Positions 20,487-29,164 of a stretch of 32,000 bases of DNA are shown one piece after another. The notes under the pieces were generated by a model that saw only the letters and a program-made list of their open reading frames with translations, ran no database searches and was not told where the DNA came from. Positions within the stretch are counted from its first letter, which is position 1; every line of letters starts with the position of its first letter. The position numbers were made by a program, and so were the translations under genes. Location of the stretch: assembly GCA_030614005.1 (NCBI GenBank), contig JAUWKS010000032.1, positions 1 through 32,000 on the forward strand. Reading direction: 5' to 3'. This DNA comes from Candidatus Heimdallarchaeota archaeon (GTDB lineage Archaea > Asgardarchaeota > Heimdallarchaeia > JABLTI01).

Positions 20487-20609
20487 TCATTCTAGACTTT
20501 GATGAACAAAATATTGATTGTAGAGTGAAGCATATTTTCCTTGTAGGTTTTAAAGATCATTATGGGTTCCTTCCTCAATAATATTACCATTATCCATTAC
20601 AATGATGGT
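20487..20609 (-). pseudogene. C-terminal remnant of an MsbA-type ABC transporter ATPase
   Basis: Not in the ORF track: TIIVMDNGNIIEEGTHNDL*NLQGKYASLYNQYFVHQSLE*, with an internal TAA. Confidence 0.75.
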
Positions 20610-20684
20610 CAAAACTCACATTTCTTCTTACAGGGCTAGTAGTCCAGTGTGGGAAGGACGCGCTTCCAGCTTAGATGCTTTCAG

Positions 20685-21776
20685 CTAAGATTCAGATGTT
20701 GTATTAGCAGTTTTGCTAGATTCTAATTGTTTGAAAGATTGATTAATAATTGTTATTTTGTTTGTTCTACCCCATCTATCACGTTTTAGAACTTTTTTTT
20801 CCTCTAATTTTGCTAATATTTTTGAAACTTTTGATTTAGAATAACCTGTCTTATCACAAATCCTTCTTTGAGTTGAAACACCACCATCTAAATTTATAGC
20901 TATGATTATTTCTTGCTCACTTTTACTGAGAAGTGAGGTAACCAAATCTTTCTCACGGGTTTTCTTACGCACTGAATAAAAGATGATTACTCCAAGTGAA
21001 CCTGACATTAGTCCAACGAATAGTGATAAGATGTTTAGGAAAACTTTGTTACTATTTTCACTAGAAAGTATTATTGATCCTGGAATGTATCTAATAAGGA
21101 AAAGGTCACTCTGGTTGATATTTCTATTAGTGTATTCCCAGCTAATCTTAATTATATCATTTTCTTCACTAATTTTTGAAGGTTTAGGAAAAAGAGGTTC
21201 AAGACGTTCTATATCTAGAATTTCTGCGTAAATTGGTAATAATAATTCAAGATTAAATGCAAGTGAATTTCTTGGATGATTGACCCCATAATTAAGCTCA
21301 AAATACTCAGGAATCCCCAATACACGATAGACAGTATCTTTAATTTTATATGAAACAGAGAAAGCATAAATTTCATCTTGTAATAAAGGGTATCGCAAGG
21401 TAACATTAATCAAATTACCTGTAACGGGATTAACAAGCCATATGAATTGTAATGAATCAATTAAATCAAAACAAAAAACTGAGTCTATCGTTTTATTAAT
21501 TATGAAAGTAAAGAAATTTAGTGGTTGAGTATCATTATTTATCAAAACAAAAGTAGAAGTAATTTCTAGGGTATTCTCTTGATTAATTTTCACTTTCATT
21601 TTATGAGTAAATAATGTTTCATTTATGATGGAATTGGATTCCAATGGACAAATAAAATCACTAGTAGTAGGAGATTTTGAAATAGGTATCTCACAGTTAC
21701 TATTTGACGATTTATGAATACTTAATGTTAATAATGTTAAGAAAACCAACATTTTGATATAACTGCGAGGATACAT
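20685..21776 (-). CDS. Membrane-spanning transcriptional regulator: exported domain, TM helix, C-terminal winged HTH (COG2512-like)
   Basis: Signal-like N-terminus, TM at VFLNILSLFVGLMSGSLGVIIFY, wHTH TQRRICDKTGYSKSKVSKILAKLEEK..RDRWGRTNKI. Confidence 0.85.
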   Translation of the reverse strand: MYPRSYIKMLVFLTLLTLSIHKSSNSNCEIPISKSPTTSDFICPLESNSIINETLFTHKMKVKINQENTLEITSTFVLINNDTQPLNFFTFIINKTIDSVFCFDLIDSLQFIWLVNPVTGNLINVTLRYPLLQDEIYAFSVSYKIKDTVYRVLGIPEYFELNYGVNHPRNSLAFNLELLLPIYAEILDIERLEPLFPKPSKISEENDIIKISWEYTNRNINQSDLFLIRYIPGSIILSSENSNKVFLNILSLFVGLMSGSLGVIIFYSVRKKTREKDLVTSLLSKSEQEIIIAINLDGGVSTQRRICDKTGYSKSKVSKILAKLEEKKVLKRDRWGRTNKITIINQSFKQLESSKTANTTSES

Positions 21777-21813
21777 TAAATTACTTCACCAACTATAACT
21801 ATTTTTTGAAATG

Positions 21814-22839
21814 TTAATTATTTTTAAGAAGGATGTGATTAAGGTAAATTCTATTATTATGTCCCTTAGAAGACCTATTTCGTTTTCTAGATAGTATACC
21901 AAACATTATCAAAGTAATTATTCCGCTAACTATAGATATAGAATGGAGTGAAAGAGAAAAATTCTCAGGATAAATACCGATTATTGGATCATGAACCATT
22001 TTCAAGGAATTACCATAATTTGGATAGGTTAAATATAGCGGAATTGTGTCCAAATCTATTGGAAGGTTTACTGGAATATCTTCGAGTATAGAAGCTTTGC
22101 TAACTGAAATATTATTAACTAAATCAAGTCCATCATAGATACTAGCGAAATTAGCCCATTCAAAAAAGGCTATCTTATTATCATTATATTCTTCACTCTC
22201 AATTTGTATTGATTGACTAGCATTACCATTTTCATTATATGTTCCATCTCGTATATTCATTCTGTGGTTTTGTTGAGATTCAAAAACATTAGTGAGAAAA
22301 GCAAGACCGGAAGCATTTTCAGTGAATTCCCAGTTATTAATTACAATGTCAAATTTCATTTCAGTCAATGCATCTACTAAATGATCGGTTCCTTGAATCA
22401 CTTGATTTTCATTATAGATGTTGAGAATAAATTGTATTTCAGCCCCGTTTGCCAAACCAGTTAGCGTAAATTCTATTGTTAGTGATGCATCATTCATTGT
22501 TATTTGATATGACCAATCACTTGAAGCTAGATCATAAGAAATACCACCGAGTTCAAGTGGACTATCTAGAACAGCATCATCACCAAAAAATTCCTTAATA
22601 GAAATAAACTTCACATTATACATTTCATTACTTGAAGATTGGTTGCCAACCCACCAAATAAAATGTGGACATATTTTAGCTATTTTTATAGTTATATAAT
22701 CAGTTGTAATAATTATGTCATTAATGTTTTCATTAAAATTAATGCCCTCAGGATTCGCATCCACATTTACAGCAATGGATGGAATTAAAATCACAATCAT
22801 AATTGCTAAACTAATCACCTGATTTTTACATTTTATCAT
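21814..22839 (-). CDS. Exported beta-rich hypothetical protein with C-terminal TM anchor
   Basis: Signal peptide, MVHDP motif before the C-terminal hydrophobic helix and RKR. Confidence 0.75.
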   Translation of the reverse strand: MIKCKNQVISLAIMIVILIPSIAVNVDANPEGINFNENINDIIITTDYITIKIAKICPHFIWWVGNQSSSNEMYNVKFISIKEFFGDDAVLDSPLELGGISYDLASSDWSYQITMNDASLTIEFTLTGLANGAEIQFILNIYNENQVIQGTDHLVDALTEMKFDIVINNWEFTENASGLAFLTNVFESQQNHRMNIRDGTYNENGNASQSIQIESEEYNDNKIAFFEWANFASIYDGLDLVNNISVSKASILEDIPVNLPIDLDTIPLYLTYPNYGNSLKMVHDPIIGIYPENFSLSLHSISIVSGIITLIMFGILSRKRNRSSKGHNNRIYLNHILLKNN

Positions 22840-23294
22840 TTCTTAAACCTTACTTTAAATTTATGAAACTTGACCTACTATCAATTCTAATTAATAATAT
22901 AATACTGATATCTTTAAACATTTATTAGCAACGGTTGCCTAACTGATTCCATAGTGTTTCGAATAATTAAATAGATTGAATCATTAAAGAAAATTCCAAT
23001 AAGCACAAAAATTGAAATTATAAGAAAAACTATCTAAAATTCATGACGTTTTTATTTCATTTTCATCTAAAGACATCTACCTGAATGCAATTATTAGTTC
23101 TAAAAGGATGAATGCACGAAAAAATTCAATTTAGATCTAATAAAATAGCTTTTGTTTTTTCTTGGAAACCTTTAGGAATCAATTAAGCAACCATTGCTTG
23201 AAATTGTTTTTAATTTATTCTGCTCTATATTTATTTAGATAAATAATCGATTAACGATTAAATATCAAAAAATAAAAAAATGAGGTAATGAAAA

Positions 23295-23852
23295 ATGAAC
23301 AAAAAATTAGTAGCAATAATAATCCCGATAGGAATTGTTGGTTTAGTAGTAGCGTCTATGTTTGTTGTCCCCATAATTAAATATGGAGGAGCCACTGTAC
23401 CAGTTGTAGAAGGTACTTTATCTTTCGATTGTACACAAGAAGAAACTTTGGATCTTTCGACTGAATTTATAACCCCTAATATCGGTAATGTAGATTTAGT
23501 CTTAGAAAATAAAAGAATAAGCGCAATCAATTATGGCTATGATGGTATCAATGGTAGAAATGAAATTGCGGATGATAATCCAAGCACAGATATTTCCCTT
23601 GAATTATCCATTGTGTTCGTGATAACCAAAGATGGTGAAGTAGTAAAAGAAATTGATATAGGTGTAATGCATGGCGAAGGTACGCACGATGTTACAATCT
23701 TGTTTGGTCCTGAAGAAGGATTAGATGTAGCTGGAACATATGAACTAACTATAAAAATTTCACTAAAATTACATACCCCTGGTACAGATTTAACTTTAGA
23801 CATTGAACTCGGACCTTTTACATTCGACTTTGACCCAGAGCAAGAGAGCTAA
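23295..23852 (+). CDS. Hypothetical protein with N-terminal signal anchor
   Basis: MNKK plus hydrophobic stretch, acidic beta-rich body; GAGGT SD-like motif upstream. Confidence 0.75.
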   Translation: MNKKLVAIIIPIGIVGLVVASMFVVPIIKYGGATVPVVEGTLSFDCTQEETLDLSTEFITPNIGNVDLVLENKRISAINYGYDGINGRNEIADDNPSTDISLELSIVFVITKDGEVVKEIDIGVMHGEGTHDVTILFGPEEGLDVAGTYELTIKISLKLHTPGTDLTLDIELGPFTFDFDPEQES

Positions 23853-23956
23853 AAACCAATTTCTCCTTTTTCTTTTTTTTTCTTTTATTGTTTAATAATA
23901 GTATATAATTAGAAATATACACCAAAAGATACATTTTGCAGTTCAAAGGGAATTAA

Positions 23957-24073
23957 GAATGCAACAAATGCTTGAATTTATTCCATAAAAAACTTTTAGA
24001 AGAATGGTTGGAAAAAAACGACTCTTGTCCAGTGTGCAGCGAGGATATAGTGGAAACAATAGCAGTCGTGTAA
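23957..24073 (+). pseudogene. RING-finger C-terminal remnant, paralogous to 19625-20275
   Basis: Not in the ORF track: *ECNKCLNLFHKKLLEEWLEKNDSCPVCSEDIVETIAVV* aligns with QCPKCHALFHNDHLSNWFEKNNDCPVCDEILVK; preceded by an in-frame TAA at 23954. Confidence 0.75.
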
Positions 24074-24276
24074 GACAGACTCATTAGCATATACATTTGC
24101 AAGATATGATGCAATTAATGCACACTCAGACCAAAATCCAATGAAAGACGACCAATGCTCATATACTTGGTTCCAATATTGGTAAGGGAATCACATACAA
24201 AAAAACAAAGGGAAGAATTTTTCTTCTCTCTTTTTTTTCACGAAATTTTTCGAAAGTGTTAATTAATTTAGCAGAA

Positions 24277-24546
24277 CTATTTTTCAACTTTAAGACCAAA
24301 ACTAGTACGATCAACAGAAGGCTCTTCTTGCTCCTTTGCAAAATTCCAAATAATGGATGTGGTGTCTTCGTAATAGATGCCATAAATAGTCCGTTCGGAA
24401 CCATCGGAAAAAACTGCTACTCCTTCAAAAACTCGAGCGGTAACAAAGCCATTCTCATCAATACGATACCCTAAAAGCTTCTGGGAGTCAAAACGAGTTA
24501 CTGGTATTTCACTATCAAAAGTCAAGATTGAGTTCACTCCAAACAA
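24277..24546 (-). CDS. Small acidic hypothetical protein, tandem paralog A
   Basis: Aligns with 24785-25042 with synonymous third-position changes (CGT/CGC, CAG/CAA, GGG/GGC); TTG start. Confidence 0.7.
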   Translation of the reverse strand: MFGVNSILTFDSEIPVTRFDSQKLLGYRIDENGFVTARVFEGVAVFSDGSERTIYGIYYEDTTSIIWNFAKEQEEPSVDRTSFGLKVEK

Positions 24547-24784
24547 ATATAGTATTTCATTGCTACTTTATTTACATTACTATTAAAGAGCGGTTTTCTA
24601 AAGAGAAAACTTTGAAAGAATAATTGACAGGAAAAAAATGACGTATACCCAACGCGAAAGGGGAAAAGTGTAGAGTCATTAGCAGACGAAGAATCAAAGA
24701 AAAAATGACAATCCTAATAAAAAGAAAAAATTATTTAACCCAGAAAGAAACTCTGGAGTAAATAATACGAAATTATTTTTGAAC

Positions 24785-25042
24785 CTAAAATCCAAAACAA
24801 TCTCGATCGATATGTGGTTGTTCTTGTCCTTCTGAATGATCCCAAGTAATAGAGGGGGCACCCTCATTTTGGATGCCATAAATTTTTCGTTCGGAACCAT
24901 CGGAAAAAACAGCTGCGCCTACAAAAATTTTAGCGGTGACAGCTCCACTGGCATCAATAGTATAGCCTAAAAGCTGTTGGGATTCAAAGCGAGTTACAGT
25001 TAAATTAGTATCGGGTGTCAATATGTTAGGAGCTCCAAACAA
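24785..25042 (-). CDS. Small acidic hypothetical protein, tandem paralog B
   Basis: Shared VTRFxSQxLLGY, AVFSDGSER, IYGI motifs. TTG start about 27 nt downstream of an AAAAAATATATA BRE/TATA-like element. Confidence 0.7.
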   Translation of the reverse strand: MFGAPNILTPDTNLTVTRFESQQLLGYTIDASGAVTAKIFVGAAVFSDGSERKIYGIQNEGAPSITWDHSEGQEQPHIDRDCFGF

Positions 25043-25753
25043 ATGTTATGAAACAGCGACATAAATAACAATATATATTTTTTCATTGTGGCAGTTAATG
25101 CATTACTTCTAAAGATTGAATACCTGACTTAGATAATGTTGAAAGAATGATCGGTAACTGTCTGATAAGAATGGAGCGAATCAGCAAGCACTGTTTTTTA
25201 TTAAATTATAGCGAGAAACACTCGAGAGTATCAATAAGTGAAAAAATTAAAACAGAGAAAGAAAGCAATTAACAGTTAACAGTTAAAAGACAGATAACAA
25301 ACACAAAGAAATTAACACCTCTGAGTGCCAAAAAAAGTTAAATAGAAAAAAGAGTACTATTAACTTTACCGAGGAATTTTGTGTCGAGTGAAAAGAGATA
25401 TTCTATCCTAGTAGCAAGATTTAAAACAGTCGGGCAAAACAACAAACCGCTCTGATAGAGCAGAACACTGAACAAAAAACAATACGAATGGGAATACAAA
25501 TCCTATCGGTATGTTTTTATAATGAAAAATTCAGTGAACAAAACCGCGAACAATCGCACAACAACAGCAATTGTTGAGCGAAAAGACGCAAAATTACGAT
25601 AATTGATTAAATTATTGATGCGCTTGGCGAGACAGTGAAGCTCGCTGAGTAAGAGGTAAAAAATGTGACCACCTGGCGCATCGGTATGGGAATAATGATC
25701 AAACATTTCTCTCAAACCGAACGCTAATTAAGACGTCTGTTTTTACCGTAGAA

Positions 25754-25788
25754 GGCCTCACTTCTTCAAGTGAAATCTAGATCTCCAT
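25754..25788 (+). other. 5' arm of the pre-23S processing stem with BHB-like motif
   Basis: CUUCUUC 25761-67 pairs GAAGAAG 29077-83; AAG(U)G pairs CCUU 29070-73; UCUAGA 25776-81 pairs 29064-69; UCCAU pairs AUGGA; A-rich bulges on both strands. Confidence 0.75.
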
Positions 25789-27810
25789 AGTAGGTTCCGA
25801 CACGCAAACGCCATCTGGGGGATGGATTGGCTCGGACGCCGATGAAGGACGTGGCTAGCTGCGATAAGCGCGGGGTAGCTGCAGGCAGGCATAGAACCCG
25901 TGATTTCCTAATGGGAACTCCTAATGCGAACCAATAAGTCGCATTACTCCGTAAGGAGGGGGAACGCACCGGACGGAAACATCCAAGTAGGTGCAGGAAA
26001 AGAAATCAACTGAGATGCCCAGAAGTAACGGCGAGTGAAATGGGCATAGGCCAAACTGAATCCCCATACGCAAGTATTGGGAAATGTAGTGTTACGGACT
26101 CTCTATTGAGCTCTGCGATGCGAAGCTGAATATTCTGGAAAGCTTAACTAAAGAGGGTGATAGTCCCGTAAGCGTAAACATCCCTGAGTGTGAGAGTATC
26201 CTGAATAGCGGGGGTTGGAAATCCCTCGTGAATGGGGCACAACGAGCTCCAAGCCTAAATACGTTCCGAGACCGATAGCGCAATAGTAACGTGAGTGAAA
26301 GCTGAAAAGTAACCCGGAAGGGTAGTGAAAAGTGCCTGAAACCAGATGGTTATAGACGTTTGTGGCCCGAAAGGTAAGATCCTCCATGAAGAGAAAGCTG
26401 GTGACAGCTAGATCGTTTGGAGGGGACCGGGGTCACAAGTTCCGTCTAGAAACACGGACCAGGGAGGTCATACTTGTGGCAAGCTTAAGTGATGTCAAAA
26501 ACACGCAAGCGTAGCGAAAGCGACATGCCCGCAGTTTACAAGGGGCGCCGTCTGAAAGGGCGGGAAGTCACAGGTGTGAGACCCGAAACCGGACGATCTA
26601 CCCCTGAGCAGGCTGAAGCCTAGGGAAACCTGGGTGGAGGGCCGAGCAAGTATTGACGTGCAATTCATGTTTGTTGACTTGGGGGTAGGGGCAAAAGACC
26701 AATCTAGTCCGGTGATAGCTGGTTCCCAACGAAGTGGACATAGGCCAGCCTGCTCTGAGATGGAGCATTCGGTAGAGCAATGATTGATGGTTACGGGAAG
26801 TAAAATTCTCGCCTGTCAGTCAAACTACGAACGGATGTTTATCGTAGAAGAGTAGAGTCGGGCGTGCGTGCGTAAGGCACGTGGCCGAAAGGGGAATAAC
26901 CCAGACTATGGTTAAGGTCCCTAAATCTCGATTAAATGCTAAAATTGGAAGGACGTCATTGGACTAAGACAGTAAGGCGGTAGGCTTAGAAACAGCCACC
27001 CGCTAAGAAAAACGTAACAGTTTACTTACCGAGTCCTTTGGCTCCGAGAATGGACGGGGCTAAATCGAGTACCGATACCTTAGAATACATTGAAAGATGT
27101 AATTTGATAGTTGGGCGATCTGGTTGGGCGGAAGCAGGGCAGTGATGTCCTGTGGACCGATCAGATTTGCAGATCCTGGCGGTAGTAACAGCAAAGAGAG
27201 GTGAGAATCCTCTCCGCCGAAAGGGCAAGGTTTTCACGGCAACGTTCGTCAGCCGTGAGTTAGTCGATCCTAAGGGCGCTCTTATCTGCGGCGCTCGAAA
27301 GGGAAACAGGTTTAAATTCCTGTACTGCGTGGATACGTCAGAAGCGGCAACGCGAAGATCATTTTCTGACGCGACTGGATAAGCTCTGTAAAGTTATCGC
27401 TTTATTTAACTATATAACCCTCAGAAGTACCGTGACGGTGAGAATGAGGTGAAATTAGGAATAGGCTGCCAATAGTGGCGGCTCGAGCTTTTTCCACTCG
27501 CCCATGAAAAGGAAAATGATAAGGATTCCACGTAATCGTACCCAGAACTGACACAGGTGTCCCAAGGTGAGAAGCCTAAGGCGTGTTCGATCAACGATGG
27601 TGAGGGAAATCGGCAAATTCGCCCCGTAACTTCGGGATAAGGGATGCCTGTGGGCTTGAAAGGGCTCGCAGGTCGCAGTGACAAGGAAGGAACAACTGTT
27701 CAATTCAAACATAGCAAACCGCAAGGGTGAAAACCTGTGAACGGTTTGTGAATCCTGCTCAATGCTGGTATGTGAAAGCCGGGTCCAACCGGTCCAAGCA
27801 CCAGTCAATA

Positions 27811-27850
<40 letters not shown>

Positions 27851-28377
27851 TGTCGGATAAGTACCGACGTGCATGAACGGATCAATGATTCCTTCGCTGT
27901 CCCCACCGTCGATCGAGTGAACCCACTAGCCAGCGAACAGTCTGGCACCAACCAGCGGGAAGAGAAGACCCCGTGGAGTTTTACTGCAGCCTGTGCCTGT
28001 TTTACGGGTAGTTATACATAGTGTAGTCAGGAGCGTCGAACCAAATTCTCAGGGATTTGGGAATGCAACAATGAAACACTGACTTTAACGGCTTGTTTGA
28101 CTAACTTCTACTTCTGTAGAAGGACAAGTATTGGTGGGCAGTTTAGCTGGGGCGGCTGCGCTTGAAAAGGTATCGAGCGTGTCCAAAGGTTAGCTCAGAA
28201 GGGACGGAAACCCTTCGTAGAGTATAAGAATAAAAGCTAGCTTGACAGGGTTCTTTCCCATAGGGAACTCTGCAACGAAAGTTTGGTCTAGCGATCTGTC
28301 GATGGATCTCGTTGATTCACGGCAGCGGCAGAAAAATTACCCCGGGGGTAACAGAGTCGTCGCAGGCGAGAGCTCAC

Positions 28378-28446
28378 ACTCTCCAGACAAAAAGTTACCT
28401 CGATATATAAAGAAAGATCTAGGTTTACGTTCTGGAGGAGGAGTAT
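28378..28446 (+). other. 69-nt archaeal BHB intron in the helix 89 loop (between E. coli-equivalent positions 2477 and 2478)
   Basis: Central helix GCUC/GAGU, 3-nt bulges ACA and AUA, inner stem CUC-UCCAGA/UCUGGA-G-GAG, outer stem is H89. Splicing gives GAGAGCUCAC-AUCGACC. Confidence 0.92.
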
Positions 28447-28534
28447 ATCGACCCTGCGGCTTGCTACCTCGATGTCGGCTCTTCCTCTCCTGGCGCCGCA
28501 CAAGACGCCAAGGGTAGGGTTGTACGCCCATTAA

Positions 28535-28577
<43 letters not shown>

Positions 28578-28628
28578 ATTCTTTCTACTGGTTGTGCTGG
28601 GAAATTGAGGGTAGGGCAGGGTCGGTAC

Positions 28629-28689
28629 ATTGTATGAGATGTACAGATTCAAACTACATGATTAGTTTAGTAATCTCTTATAAGCCAAA
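28629..28689 (+). other. 61-nt archaeal relaxed-BHB/BHL intron in the sarcin-ricin loop (between E. coli-equivalent C2658 and G2659)
   Basis: 5' bulge ACA, inner stem UUGUAUGAGAU/AUCUCUUAUAA (10 of 11 paired), central helix CGGU/GCCA (one C-A mismatch), 3' AA|G. Splicing gives GGUAC-GAGAGGA. Confidence 0.88.
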
Positions 28690-28818
28690 GAGAGGACCCC
28701 CCCGTCGGCGCCTCTAGTCTACCGGTTATCTGACAAGGTAACGCCGGGCAGCCACGCGCCAAGCGATAATAGCTGAAAGCATCTAAGCTAGAAACGCGTC
28801 CTGAAACGAATTTCCCAT

Positions 28819-28946
28819 TCTAACGAAGTTTCGACAATGATTGACTCTTACAAGCTGTTTAGAGTTGTGTTACAATTATGAAAAATTATTTTTTTAGTTG
28901 GTCGTTTCGAGCATGGGAATGGCGACATTAACATGTTTTCGTTGGA
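28819..28946 (+). other. ~128-nt expansion segment at helix 98 (ES39 position)
   Basis: Inserted between UUUCCCAU and CGAAGGUUCC; closed by UCUAACGAA/UUCGUUGGA; branched hairpins; no BHB bulges. Confidence 0.85.
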
Positions 28947-29055
28947 CGAAGGTTCCGATACAAGATCGGTTTGAAAGGAGTGCGGTGTACGCGTCGAGTC
29001 TTCGGGCGAGATGCTCAGCCGGCACTTACTTACCACCTAAGCGTGTCATTACCGA

Positions 29056-29092
29056 AATGGACTTCTAGACCTTAAAGAAGAAGCGAGGGCCG
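29056..29092 (+). other. 3' arm of the pre-23S processing stem
   Basis: Complementary to 25754-25788. Confidence 0.75.
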
Positions 29093-29119
29093 TAGATTCT
29101 ACAAAATAATTATCAGTTA

Positions 29120-29164
29120 TTTTTTCTTTTCTTTTATCCCCTACAGTCTCAGGTGAGACTAGGG
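29120..29164 (+). terminator. Oligo-T tract plus hairpin downstream of 23S; probable rRNA transcription terminator
   Basis: T-rich 29120-29135; AGTCTC-AGGT-GAGACT stem 29145-29160 extended by CCCT/AGGG. Confidence 0.5.

Noticed and set aside
20487-24073. In-frame TAA codons within the ABC and RING remnants as evidence of stop-codon reassignment
   Set aside because: TAA terminates many intact genes in the window, and the remnants lack their N-terminal parts, so ordinary pseudogenisation explains them.
322-24900. Numerous short antisense or overlapping ORFs in the track (e.g. 322-507, 8118-8327, 17747-18133, 23258-23530, 24256-24474)
   Set aside because: They overlap well-supported genes on the other strand or frame and have no recognisable motifs.
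26470-26570. Supersized ES9
   Set aside because: The H28-H31 region has ordinary archaeal length.
28341-28355. G at the E. coli A2448-equivalent position (GGGGGUAACAG)
   Set aside because: A single substitution; without an alignment I cannot tell a lineage-typical variant from an error.
28388-28404. Intron 1 interior (AAAAAGTTACCTCGAT) resembles nearby exon motifs GAAAAATTACC and TACCTCGAT
   Set aside because: A 9-nt match is within reach of chance, and these bases are explained by the intron's own hairpin.
28629-28689. C/D-box guide RNA encoded in the introns
   Set aside because: Only a degenerate C-box-like AUGAUUA is present; neither intron has a CUGA D box.
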